Virus record (IMG/VR): IMGVR_UViG_3300045988_013611
Direction: 5' to 3' (one strand)
Source: a virus
DNA: 49,616 nucleotides
The translations under genes were made by a program, and so were the position numbers. The notes beneath the pieces are model-generated. The model was not told the DNA's origin and made no database searches. It saw only the letters and a list, made by a program, of their open reading frames with translations. Position 1 is the stretch's first letter; the number at the start of each line of letters is the position of its first letter. This document shows positions 10,031-17,844 of this stretch, piece after piece.

Positions 10031-10059
10031 AAGCCGCCCCATTTTGGGGCGGCTTTTTC
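10031..10059 (+). terminator. Intrinsic terminator after the moron (partly bidirectional)
   Basis: 10-bp stem AAGCCGCCCC/GGGGCGGCTT, loop ATTTT, then TTTTT. Confidence 0.75.
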
Positions 10060-10606
10060 ACACCCATTCCTGAATCTTATCGTTCTCCCAATCGGTGTAT
10101 CTCTGCTTCAGGTCAACAAGATTCCGGTTGTTCCGGTAAAACTCTCTCTCGCTTTTGTCCAAAGCCTTTCCGTTGGCAAGCTTCTGCCGGATGCCTACAA
10201 TCTGAGCAAACAGGCAATCGCCGATCTCCTGATACGCCCCGATGAACGTCCACCAATGCAGATAATCCATCAACCGAACTTCTGTTCCCATCACGCGGTT
10301 CACCGGCGCTACGATCACGGGAAAATCCTGCTGCCAGTCCACCAGCTTTTTGGGCTTCTTGCCGGTTTCTTCCATCTGCCCGCAGTTGATGAACCACATG
10401 CATTTTGCAATGGCTTCCTCATAATCGTCGGCAGGCATGTCTTCAAATCCGGGATAGAAGATATCCAGCACCACCACCGCCCGCTGCTGGTCATCCAGTT
10501 CCACGTCACCAATGGCCTCCAGAATGTCCAGAATGACCCGGAAATCTGACCGCACCTCGTACTCCTGCCCGTTGATCTCAACGGATGTCGGCAGCGTGTA
10601 CGTCAT
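10058..10606 (-). CDS. Gp15-like tail-module protein (A118/SPP1-type position between chaperone and TMP)
   Basis: Start moved to ATG 10606, which forms an ATGA overlap with the upstream stop. The 55-aa N-terminal extension in the track is R/H-rich and has no RBS. Confidence 0.55.
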   Translation of the reverse strand: MTYTLPTSVEINGQEYEVRSDFRVILDILEAIGDVELDDQQRAVVVLDIFYPGFEDMPADDYEEAIAKCMWFINCGQMEETGKKPKKLVDWQQDFPVIVAPVNRVMGTEVRLMDYLHWWTFIGAYQEIGDCLFAQIVGIRQKLANGKALDKSEREFYRNNRNLVDLKQRYTDWENDKIQEWV

Positions 10607-11022
10607 CTGTGGTACTTCTTGGTGTACTTGGCAATGCGGGGATCGGCGGCTTTCTTTTCCCGCAGCATCGTGGCATCGATCTCGTCCATGATGGCAAGCA
10701 TCAAATTCGCCCAGATGGGCAGGCCGTCTGCCAGCGCGTACACATTCAGCGCTCCGAAAAGGCCGGTGCATACGTCAAAGCCGAACACATCGTTGACGAT
10801 CTCCCGCATTTCGCTGTCCAGTTTCCGGGCCACCTCAAAAAGCTCCTTCTTGCCAGCGGTCTTTTCCACCTCGGCCTTATAGGATTCCTGCCGCTTGTCC
10901 AGCGTGTCAAAGGCGTTAAAAAGCTTTTCCACAAACGCGCCGTCTGTGGGGTTGAAAGAAACCTCAACGGAATCGTTCAACTTATAGGTTTCAACGCCTG
11001 TTGCGATTTTCAGTTCCTTCAT
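10603..11022 (-). CDS. Tail assembly chaperone
   Basis: 139 aa, acidic, directly after the major tail protein gene. Confidence 0.6.
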   Translation of the reverse strand: MKELKIATGVETYKLNDSVEVSFNPTDGAFVEKLFNAFDTLDKRQESYKAEVEKTAGKKELFEVARKLDSEMREIVNDVFGFDVCTGLFGALNVYALADGLPIWANLMLAIMDEIDATMLREKKAADPRIAKYTKKYHR

Positions 11023-11044
11023 TTGTCGCGCCTCCTTCGGTCAA

Positions 11045-11572
11045 TTACTCCGAATCTGCCGTAAACGTCACCACACCGGCGGTCACGGAAGCTGTACCTG
11101 TGGTGCGGGTGCCGCCGTAAGTAACGTCAATAGGCATGCCCACAAAGCCGCCGCCCTCACCACCAAGGCTGGAGGGCTTCACCATCGCGCCCTCGTAGCG
11201 CTCGGCAAACACCGCCGTCTTTGCGGTGCCAGCGTAGTGGTGGACGATCAGCACGTCCTGATTTGCCAGTGCTGCCGCGTCCTGCTTCTTCACGGCCAAC
11301 TCCCAAATCTTCGTCAGCGCCTTGTCTCCGCTGTCCAGATCGCAGGGGTCAAAGGTCTGCGTGACAATGGGCTTTTTCATGGTGGTGCGGGTGGTGCCCA
11401 GAATGTCCTTGCTGGAATCCTCCTGCCAATCGTACTCCATGCTGGAGTCCGTCACGCGGGTGCCAAAGGCCGACCACTCCGGGGAAGCACTGGTGCCGGT
11501 GTTTGAGTATGCGATCAGAAGCTCACGGTCAATGGTCTGGCCCGCTGTCGTGTTAAAAGTGTTATCAGGCAT
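11045..11572 (-). CDS. Major tail protein
   Basis: 175 aa. Position, size and beta-rich composition fit. Confidence 0.7.
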   Translation of the reverse strand: MPDNTFNTTAGQTIDRELLIAYSNTGTSASPEWSAFGTRVTDSSMEYDWQEDSSKDILGTTRTTMKKPIVTQTFDPCDLDSGDKALTKIWELAVKKQDAAALANQDVLIVHHYAGTAKTAVFAERYEGAMVKPSSLGGEGGGFVGMPIDVTYGGTRTTGTASVTAGVVTFTADSE

Positions 11573-12026
11573 TTGTTATCACCTCGTAAGTCATTTTCAT
11601 GAGGATCTGATGATCCTCGTCGCCGTTGTCGTATGCGCCGAACAATGCGGATCGCGTCGTAGCTTCTACGCGGATCACCCGTGCGTCGTCCCCGATGTCC
11701 GGCCCGCCGTCTGCCGCCCAATCTGCCAGACTGTCTAACATTTCGTCGGCTTTCAGGCGCTTGTCGTTGCTGTTGCCCGGTTTCAGCCGGTAGATCACCT
11801 TGAACTGGTACTCTGCCTGATGGCCGCCCAAGATGTAGCGCCGTGTAATGTAAGTTCCCTGAATGGTGGAAAGAGCCATTGCGCCCTCGCTGTCAGCCGG
11901 AAGGAACTCGTACCGGATCACATCCACCGGCTTGTCCGGCCAGGTGTTCAGCCATACCAGCATCGCACGGGAAATTTTGTCCTCCTCTGCCGCTGAAACC
12001 AGCTTTTTCGGTTTGTCATTTGCCAT
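11565..12026 (-). CDS. Head-tail joining / tail terminator-position protein
   Basis: Start moved to ATG 12026. The track extension is R/K junk. Confidence 0.55.
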   Translation of the reverse strand: MANDKPKKLVSAAEEDKISRAMLVWLNTWPDKPVDVIRYEFLPADSEGAMALSTIQGTYITRRYILGGHQAEYQFKVIYRLKPGNSNDKRLKADEMLDSLADWAADGGPDIGDDARVIRVEATTRSALFGAYDNGDEDHQILMKMTYEVITNA

Positions 12027-12471
12027 ACTTCGCCACCGCCTTTTGCGCCACGCGCACCCATTTTTCCAGGTTCTGCGCCTTGGATGCCTCGCACCAATGC
12101 GCTTGCGCGTTCGGGTGCACGGCTGTTTTGAAAACAAGGTCTCTGTCCGTTGCGTGAAGCTTGGAGCCTTTCGGGAACTTGATCACCTCGTTGCCGTCTT
12201 TGCCCACAAAATGCATCGGCCCGTTTCCGTTGGCGTCCACCATGACCTTGCCGTAGTAGAGGTATCTGGCGTAAGGCCCTGGGTACACCACCGTGTTCCC
12301 GATAGCCCGTGTCCGATTCGTCAAAGATTCATTCAGCGCCGGAACGTACGGCACCGTGTCGGCTTCCACCTGAATAGCAAGAACGTGTTCGGCCTTATCA
12401 CAGGCAAGCGCCAGCTGCCGCCGCACATCGTCCATGCCCTCGGTGTGTACGCTGAATTTCAGCCCCATCAC
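12016..12471 (-). CDS. Head-tail joining protein (HK97 gp10-like position)
   Basis: 151 aa. Lies in the connector gene series. Confidence 0.55.
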   Translation of the reverse strand: MMGLKFSVHTEGMDDVRRQLALACDKAEHVLAIQVEADTVPYVPALNESLTNRTRAIGNTVVYPGPYARYLYYGKVMVDANGNGPMHFVGKDGNEVIKFPKGSKLHATDRDLVFKTAVHPNAQAHWCEASKAQNLEKWVRVAQKAVAKYGK

Positions 12472-12914
12472 TTACCTCCCACGGCCCAGTGTTTCAGGTC
12501 GCCGTAGTCCTTCATATCCACTTTTGTCACCTCGTAGCAGTCGTCATGCGCCCTTGCCACAGTCTCGTTGTCTGTGACAAATCGCCCCTTGACGAAAAAG
12601 CTCTCTCCGCCGTTGCCGTTGGTGGAAAGTGTCCACAGTCCGGACTTTTCCTCCGCGTTCCAGAAGTCCTGCGGCCCTGCATACCGTTTCTTTTTGCCAG
12701 TCGTTGCATCTTTTGCAACAACTAAAAACGGGATGTACAGGTTTACCGCATCGGCTCCTTCAAGGCCGCTGGCCCGCACGTTGGCCGCTTTGGAAGCGGA
12801 CAGCAGCACACCCTCAAGCACCGTCACATAGAGCTTTGTCATGTCCTGCATGGTGCTGGTGTCCACCTCGCGGGTCACATTATAGAGCGTTACCGTGTGG
12901 GAGAACATGGACAT
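12468..12914 (-). CDS. Head-tail adaptor / head closure protein
   Basis: 148 aa. Lies in the connector gene series. Confidence 0.55.
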   Translation of the reverse strand: MSMFSHTVTLYNVTREVDTSTMQDMTKLYVTVLEGVLLSASKAANVRASGLEGADAVNLYIPFLVVAKDATTGKKKRYAGPQDFWNAEEKSGLWTLSTNGNGGESFFVKGRFVTDNETVARAHDDCYEVTKVDMKDYGDLKHWAVGGK

Positions 12915-13306
12915 GATCCGTACCCCCTTGCTTTCAGTAGTCCGTAAGGCGCCAGATACATGGCCGCGATCTCCCGCTTTCTGGCTTCCAGCAGCTGCAT
13001 ATCGGCGGCAGATACCGCTTTCGTGCCGTAGCTTTTTGACCAGTCGCCCACGGATTCGCTTGCTACAGGTCTTTCGGCGTTAAAGGCGACGCTGTTCAGC
13101 CGTTCGCCGTCCTGCATCACCTCTGCCAGGGCGCACACCGCGTTTTTCACGGCGGTCATGGTTTCGCCGGTGACGTTTCTGGCGCGGTTCATGGTCACAT
13201 AGTCCACATAGGCCGATGCCCTACCAGCCAAAGCCGGGAAAACGTCATCGTCGATGGCCGTGCCGTAGAACTCGGTGGCGTAGTATTCATAATCTGCGTA
13301 TGCCAT
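12890..13306 (-). CDS. Head-tail connector (gp6-like position)
   Basis: Start moved to ATG 13306 with RBS AAGGAGG. N-terminus MAYADYEYYATEFYG. Confidence 0.6.
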   Translation of the reverse strand: MAYADYEYYATEFYGTAIDDDVFPALAGRASAYVDYVTMNRARNVTGETMTAVKNAVCALAEVMQDGERLNSVAFNAERPVASESVGDWSKSYGTKAVSAADMQLLEARKREIAAMYLAPYGLLKARGYGSCPCSPTR

Positions 13307-13331
13307 GTTTTCCGCCTCCTTTATATCGTTT

Positions 13332-13369
13332 CCTCCCCACCCGTCAGGTTTCCCATCGGGGCGGGGAGG
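13332..13369 (-). other. GC-rich stem-loop just downstream of the capsid gene (attenuator or mRNA stabiliser candidate)
   Basis: About 11 bp, CCTCCCCACCCG/CGGGGCGGGGAGG, with one mismatch. No U-tract follows. Confidence 0.35.
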
Positions 13370-13377
13370 AGGCGCGC

Positions 13378-14415
13378 TTACTTGCTGGTGTCGGCTGCGA
13401 TAAACAGGCCGTTGGGATTGGGCACAACGGGGATAAACACGCCGCTGGCCTTCGTCCACACCGCCACGGGGTCAGGAGTGGCCCACTGGGTAATGGTGAT
13501 AAACTGGTTGGCGCTCTTTTCGTTGTACTGGCCGTAGTCGGCTTCCTCGGGAGTCACGCCCCACAGGCCAACGCCGAAGGAGGAAGATGTGCCATTGCAC
13601 AGGAACGCCATCTTGTCTTCGGGGAAAAAGCGCTTGGTGGCCTCGTTGCCGCTGGCGGTCTGGGTCTTATAGCGCAGATCGTTGGTGGTGATCACGCCAA
13701 AGCCGAACAGCTCTGCAAACAGAGAGCGGATTCTCTCGGCAGGAACATAAGTGCCAGCACCCACGGTGCCGTAGATCAGCGTCTGAATGCCCTTGTTGGC
13801 AGCCAGCTTTCGCAGAATCTTGGTGGAGGTCACGATCTCTGTCAGTGCGTTGCCGGACTCAGCGGCAGCGTCAGCCACGGCCATGATCTGGCCCACGATA
13901 TCGGCATCGGGTCCAAAATCGATCTTGAAGCCGGTGTTCTTGGTGGGAACGCCGTAGTCCACCTTGAGATTCAGGTTGTTTTCATTGATGGTCATTTTGC
14001 CGGTGGCCAGCACTTCCATCTTGGCGACTTCGGTGCGGGTCTTGACGGCCTCGGCCATCTGGCGCATATCGTCAAAGACATAGCGAATGATCTCGTTCTC
14101 GTCGCTCACGCCGTTTTCGATCATCAGCCGCACGCGCTCGGTCTGGTTGATCTTGCGCTTGATCAGCAGCTTTTCCACCTCGGTCTTCTCAAACACGGGG
14201 CGGGTTCCGATCTCGGCCTCAGTGTCAAAAGCGTGTACGGTTGCCATCACGGGGATGTTGGCACCGTCAGCCAGACGCAGATACTCCGCCTTGAGGTTGG
14301 CGGTCTTCTGGTCAGGGAAAATGCGGTCGCCGATGTAAGCAGGCCGCGCGACAGACAGATTCTGTGCAAATTCCAGGCGCTCGGCGCTGGAGATCATGTT
14401 CAGGATATCAGGCAT
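13378..14415 (-). CDS. Major capsid protein (capsid protein E-like)
   Basis: 345 aa. The N-terminus LNMISSAERLEFAQNL...FPDQKT and its position after the scaffold and decoration genes fit the E-like family. Confidence 0.8.
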   Translation of the reverse strand: MPDILNMISSAERLEFAQNLSVARPAYIGDRIFPDQKTANLKAEYLRLADGANIPVMATVHAFDTEAEIGTRPVFEKTEVEKLLIKRKINQTERVRLMIENGVSDENEIIRYVFDDMRQMAEAVKTRTEVAKMEVLATGKMTINENNLNLKVDYGVPTKNTGFKIDFGPDADIVGQIMAVADAAAESGNALTEIVTSTKILRKLAANKGIQTLIYGTVGAGTYVPAERIRSLFAELFGFGVITTNDLRYKTQTASGNEATKRFFPEDKMAFLCNGTSSSFGVGLWGVTPEEADYGQYNEKSANQFITITQWATPDPVAVWTKASGVFIPVVPNPNGLFIAADTSK

Positions 14416-14433
14416 AGTTTCTTACCTCCTTAC

Positions 14434-14991
14434 TTAGCCGTTGGTCGTCCACACGGGGTACAGGGTCACATCGCCGGTGATCTCCACTTCGGTCACAGCG
14501 GCGCCGCCCTTGCTGGTGCTCCAGCCGGTCTGCTTGTTGCTGGCCTTAGTCAGCGGGTAGCTGGTGGAAACCTGGGCCATAGAGCCCTCAAAGTAGCTGT
14601 TGCCATCCACGGGAGGCGTACCGGTACCGTCGTTCTTGTCATAAGTCACGGTGTAGCCGCGAGTAATGGCGGGGGTGTCGACGAACACGATGCCCTTACC
14701 GGCCAGCGCGGTCTTGGCGGCGGTCGCCAGCTTCAGGTTTTCCGCCAGCACACGGCCAGCCACCAGAACGGAGCCGGGCATGTCGCCGCTGGTCACGTCC
14801 ACGGCCTCAAACACGATGCCAACAGCGTTGCCGTCGTTGGAGGGATAAGGGGTGCCGGGTGCGACGATCTTATAAATGCCGTCCTGCACGCCCATAGAGG
14901 CGGGAATCTCGCGGGTCTTCAGCACCAAACCAACTTCGCTTTCCAGGAAATTAGGCCGCTTGGTGCATGCGGTATTGGTCACAAAAGACAT
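14434..14991 (-). CDS. Head decoration protein with a C-terminal Flg_new-like repeat
   Basis: 185 aa. YTVTYDKNDGTGTPP...GWSTSKGG...VTLYPVW repeat. Lies between the scaffold and MCP genes. Confidence 0.6.
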   Translation of the reverse strand: MSFVTNTACTKRPNFLESEVGLVLKTREIPASMGVQDGIYKIVAPGTPYPSNDGNAVGIVFEAVDVTSGDMPGSVLVAGRVLAENLKLATAAKTALAGKGIVFVDTPAITRGYTVTYDKNDGTGTPPVDGNSYFEGSMAQVSTSYPLTKASNKQTGWSTSKGGAAVTEVEITGDVTLYPVWTTNG

Positions 14992-14999
14992 GGATCAAA

Positions 15000-15590
15000 T
15001 CACTCCTTCGTAGTTGTCTGCGCATACTGCGCGTTGAATTGTTTTGCGTACATTGCGCCCAGACCCTCCGCTTTAGGAGCGCCGCCGGTACCGACGGGCT
15101 TTGCAAACGTAGGTGCGGGCTTGCCGGTCTGAAACGCGCTGGGGTCTGCGTCCATCTGCGCCTTGTGCCACTCGTCAAAGCCCTCAAACACGCCGTTTTC
15201 CAGCTTCAATCCCTTGGTTTTCAGGTCTGCGACATAGGCACGTTCCGCCGCCTTGGAGCTGAATTTGATGCCCTTCTCTCCAATCACCTTGTGAATGGCA
15301 TCGGAATAGTCCCGGTCAGCGATATGGGCCTTGTACTCGGCGGTTTCCTTGGTGTACTTGCCCTGCAGCTCCTCCAGCTGCTTGCGGATGCCCTCCGCGT
15401 CGCCGCTGGATTTCTTCAGCTCCTCGATGTCCTTGTCACGGTCGGCAAGATTCTTCTGTGCCGCCGCCAAGTCCTCCTTGGCCTGATCCGCTTTCTGCTT
15501 CTCCCGGCCAATGTCCCGGCTGTTTTCGTCGAGGATCTTGTCCACAACGTCCTTTTCCAGCCCCAGACCTTCCAAAAAATCGCGTTTCAT
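15000..15590 (-). CDS. Scaffolding protein
   Basis: 196 aa. Charged coiled coil (DKILDENSRDIGREKQKADQAKEDL). Position fits. Confidence 0.75.
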   Translation of the reverse strand: MKRDFLEGLGLEKDVVDKILDENSRDIGREKQKADQAKEDLAAAQKNLADRDKDIEELKKSSGDAEGIRKQLEELQGKYTKETAEYKAHIADRDYSDAIHKVIGEKGIKFSSKAAERAYVADLKTKGLKLENGVFEGFDEWHKAQMDADPSAFQTGKPAPTFAKPVGTGGAPKAEGLGAMYAKQFNAQYAQTTTKE

Positions 15591-15680
15591 GTCTGCTCCT
15601 TCGCCACTTCGCTTTTTTCGCGTGGGTCGCGTCCACTGTGGCCCCGTAGTTTTGCGACTTCGGGCCGGTCAAAAATTTTG

Positions 15681-15733
15681 AAAAAAAGAAAGAGGGGCTA
15701 ACCAACTACAATTCGTAGTCAGTTAGCCCCTCT
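15681..15733 (-). terminator. Strong intrinsic terminator (minus sense)
   Basis: 12-bp stem AGAGGGGCTAAC/GTTAGCCCCTCT followed, in minus sense, by TTCTTTTTTTC. Confidence 0.75.
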
Positions 15734-15783
15734 CGGCTCTTCTCACTCACCGCTTAGAGCGAGGTCGAATATTTGTTTGATTT

Positions 15784-15812
15784 ATTATACCATACCACAC
15801 AGCCGATGGCAA
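15784..15812 (-). promoter_or_regulatory. Near-consensus sigma-A type promoter (TTGCCA-17-TATAAT with TGg extension)
   Basis: In plus coordinates the -10 is at 15784-15789 and the -35 at 15807-15812, with a 17-nt spacer. Confidence 0.55.
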
Positions 15813-15816
15813 GCGC

Positions 15817-15984
15817 CTATTGCTTCATTTTGCACCTGTTTATGTCCACATTCTCGCGCCGAATATGTATCACCCTTACCCCGTCTTTGGTGGGGATCAG
15901 CTCCACCCGGTCGCCCTTTTTCAAAACGCTGTTAATAGCCCGCAAGATATCATTGTTTGCGCCCAACACCGCGTTTTCGTTCAT
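15817..15984 (-). CDS. Small hypothetical protein (55 aa)
   Basis: Not in the track because it is under 60 aa. The ATG at 15984 forms an ATGA overlap with the upstream stop. Translation MNENAVLGANNDILRAINSVLKKGDRVELIPTKDGVRVIHIRRENVDINRCKMKQ. Confidence 0.5.
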   Translation of the reverse strand: MNENAVLGANNDILRAINSVLKKGDRVELIPTKDGVRVIHIRRENVDINRCKMKQ

Positions 15985-16187
15985 GTAAGCACCTCAATGC
16001 TTTCAATATCTTCCGGAAAAAAGGACTTAATTTCTCCATTATCAAGTTCAACATCTATGCAGTCCTGTGCGCTTTCTATCTCGTCAGCGTCAAAAACCGC
16101 AACAACATTCCCGATAAGCTCAGTCCCGTTTACCGTTTTAAGCTTTATGCGGGGCAGCTCATTGGCATAATCCCAAATATTAACCAT
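15981..16187 (-). CDS. Small acidic protein; candidate immunity partner of the upstream toxin-like domain
   Basis: Start moved to ATG 16187 with RBS AAGGAGG. 8-nt overlap with the upstream gene. 68 aa, D/E-rich, AT-rich DNA. Confidence 0.5.
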   Translation of the reverse strand: MVNIWDYANELPRIKLKTVNGTELIGNVVAVFDADEIESAQDCIDVELDNGEIKSFFPEDIESIEVLT

Positions 16188-17844
16188 GTTGATCCTCCTT
16201 TGGAATCGTCGGAATAATGTGTGTCCCCTTTTTTGCGTACACAATTATGGCACGTTTTGTGCTGTGGAAAGCATTGTTTTTGTAGTATTGCCCAATCACC
16301 TTATCCACGTTCTTATACTCTCTGATTTCTATTGGAGCGTCTTTCGGCGTTTTAATAGTCACAGTTCCCGTGCAGGCGTATTTATCAACGATTTCTTGAG
16401 CTTCCTTCGCGTTAATCGTTAAAATGCTTTGCGGAGTCTGCCCCTTTGCAAATCTTTGCACCTTATACCGCTCAAACTCCGCCGTTCCTTCGATATGACG
16501 TGCTTGCACCTGTGGCCTGATTGCTGTGGATATCTCGCCGTTGGCGATCTTCTCTTTCAGTATAGCGATATTCTTCTCGTTTTGCAACGCTGCCTGTGCT
16601 GCTTCTGCTTGCCGCTGCGCCTTAAGCGCTTGAGCGGCGGCAGTGCTTTTTGTATCGCCATAAAGCACCTTCAACCGCTCCGGTTGCTCCGGCAGTTCCG
16701 CCGCCTTGCTGAACTCCTTGTATTTGGCGTTCAGGCGACGCAACTTGATGTTGGCGGCGGTCTCATCATCTTTCAGCCCTGCGGCCTTATAAGCGTCTCT
16801 GAGACGCCTCTGCTTGCGTATTTGGCGCTCTATGCTGCGCTGCATCTGTGTAGCTGTGTACCCGTCGTATTCCTTGCCATCAAACACAAACTTGCGGTTT
16901 TCGCCTTTCATGGCGTCAAGATCGGCCTGTGAATATGTCGGCTCACTGACACCCTCCACGAACGGGTAAAAGGTGTGTCGGCAGTTCCAACCGCCCAGGC
17001 CGGCGCCCTGGCCGTAGCCCGTGGTGGCAACAAAATCCTTGTACTCGCCCTTTGAATCTCCAAGCTTCTCAGCCCACCGATACACGCCGCCTTGCCAACT
17101 CTCATGGTTTTCCAGCCCGTTTCCTGTGTTTCTCGCCCCAATATGGGCGCTCACTTCCACAAGATCGGTTTCCAAATAGTCGGCAGATTGCTCCGCATAC
17201 TTCTGGTTGAGAGCGTTCACGCCGGTCATTACGGCCCGTCTTGCAGCCACGTCTACCTGATCCCGATGCCCACTTTCGTAGTCCACCGTTTTTAGGCCAC
17301 TGTCCGCCAGCTGCTTGACCGCGTTGGAAATAGCTTGATTGTAGGAAATCGCGCCGCTCTGCACTTGCATAAGGGCCGAATCGCAACACCATTGGTATGC
17401 TTTTGCAGGCGGCAGCGTCGTGCGCCCATTGTCCACCAAAAAGCCCATGCTTCTGGTGATGTTCCGGCACTCCTGCTTTGTCTGTGCGTAGATTGCCGCG
17501 ATAGCCGCCGCATCCACCAGCACATCAGGCCGCGTCATATCCGCCAGCGCGATAAGCTCGGTGTAATACGCCTGATTCCGCGCCACCACATCGTCCAGCA
17601 GCTTCTTGAGCTTCTGCTCACTGATGCCCGTGGTCTTGCGTATGGCTTTCTCGATATCCTTTAGGTCAATGCCATGCGCCCGTAGCGCCTTGATGTCCTG
17701 CACCGTGACCTCATTCAACTCGTCCGCAGCTTTGAGCCGGGCGCATATCTCCATCAGCAAGGTATCTTCCAACCCGCGATAAAGTTCCGCCAATTCCTCC
17801 GGCAGCGCATCAAGCAGTTCGGGTGTGAAATCGTACTTTCTCAT
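16180..17844 (-). CDS. Minor capsid / head morphogenesis protein (Phage_min_cap2-like) with a C-terminal polymorphic-toxin-like extension
   Basis: 554 aa. SAHIGARNTG..HESWQGGVY and GGWNCRHTFYP motifs lie in the first ~300 aa. The last ~150 aa (ARHIEGTAEFERY...GTGTV...VYAKKGTHIIP) resemble the family I recall as toxin type 50. Confidence 0.7.
   Translation of the reverse strand: MRKYDFTPELLDALPEELAELYRGLEDTLLMEICARLKAADELNEVTVQDIKALRAHGIDLKDIEKAIRKTTGISEQKLKKLLDDVVARNQAYYTELIALADMTRPDVLVDAAAIAAIYAQTKQECRNITRSMGFLVDNGRTTLPPAKAYQWCCDSALMQVQSGAISYNQAISNAVKQLADSGLKTVDYESGHRDQVDVAARRAVMTGVNALNQKYAEQSADYLETDLVEVSAHIGARNTGNGLENHESWQGGVYRWAEKLGDSKGEYKDFVATTGYGQGAGLGGWNCRHTFYPFVEGVSEPTYSQADLDAMKGENRKFVFDGKEYDGYTATQMQRSIERQIRKQRRLRDAYKAAGLKDDETAANIKLRRLNAKYKEFSKAAELPEQPERLKVLYGDTKSTAAAQALKAQRQAEAAQAALQNEKNIAILKEKIANGEISTAIRPQVQARHIEGTAEFERYKVQRFAKGQTPQSILTINAKEAQEIVDKYACTGTVTIKTPKDAPIEIREYKNVDKVIGQYYKNNAFHSTKRAIIVYAKKGTHIIPTIPKEDQHG

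Noticed and set aside
10603-10771. A programmed -1 frameshift fusing the tail chaperone to the downstream ORF (gpG/gpT style)
   Set aside because: The downstream ORF has its own ATG in an ATGA overlap with the chaperone stop and reads like an independent Gp15-type protein. I saw no slippery heptamer in the overlap region.
13216-15132. The long plus-strand ORFs antisense to structural genes: 638 aa here, plus 2977-3996, 4587-5585, 17856-18959, 34110-35033 and others
   Set aside because: Their composition is G/A/R/H/L-rich and low-complexity, they have no RBS, and each is fully antisense to a well-supported minus-strand gene. This is the typical shadow-ORF artefact of high-GC DNA.
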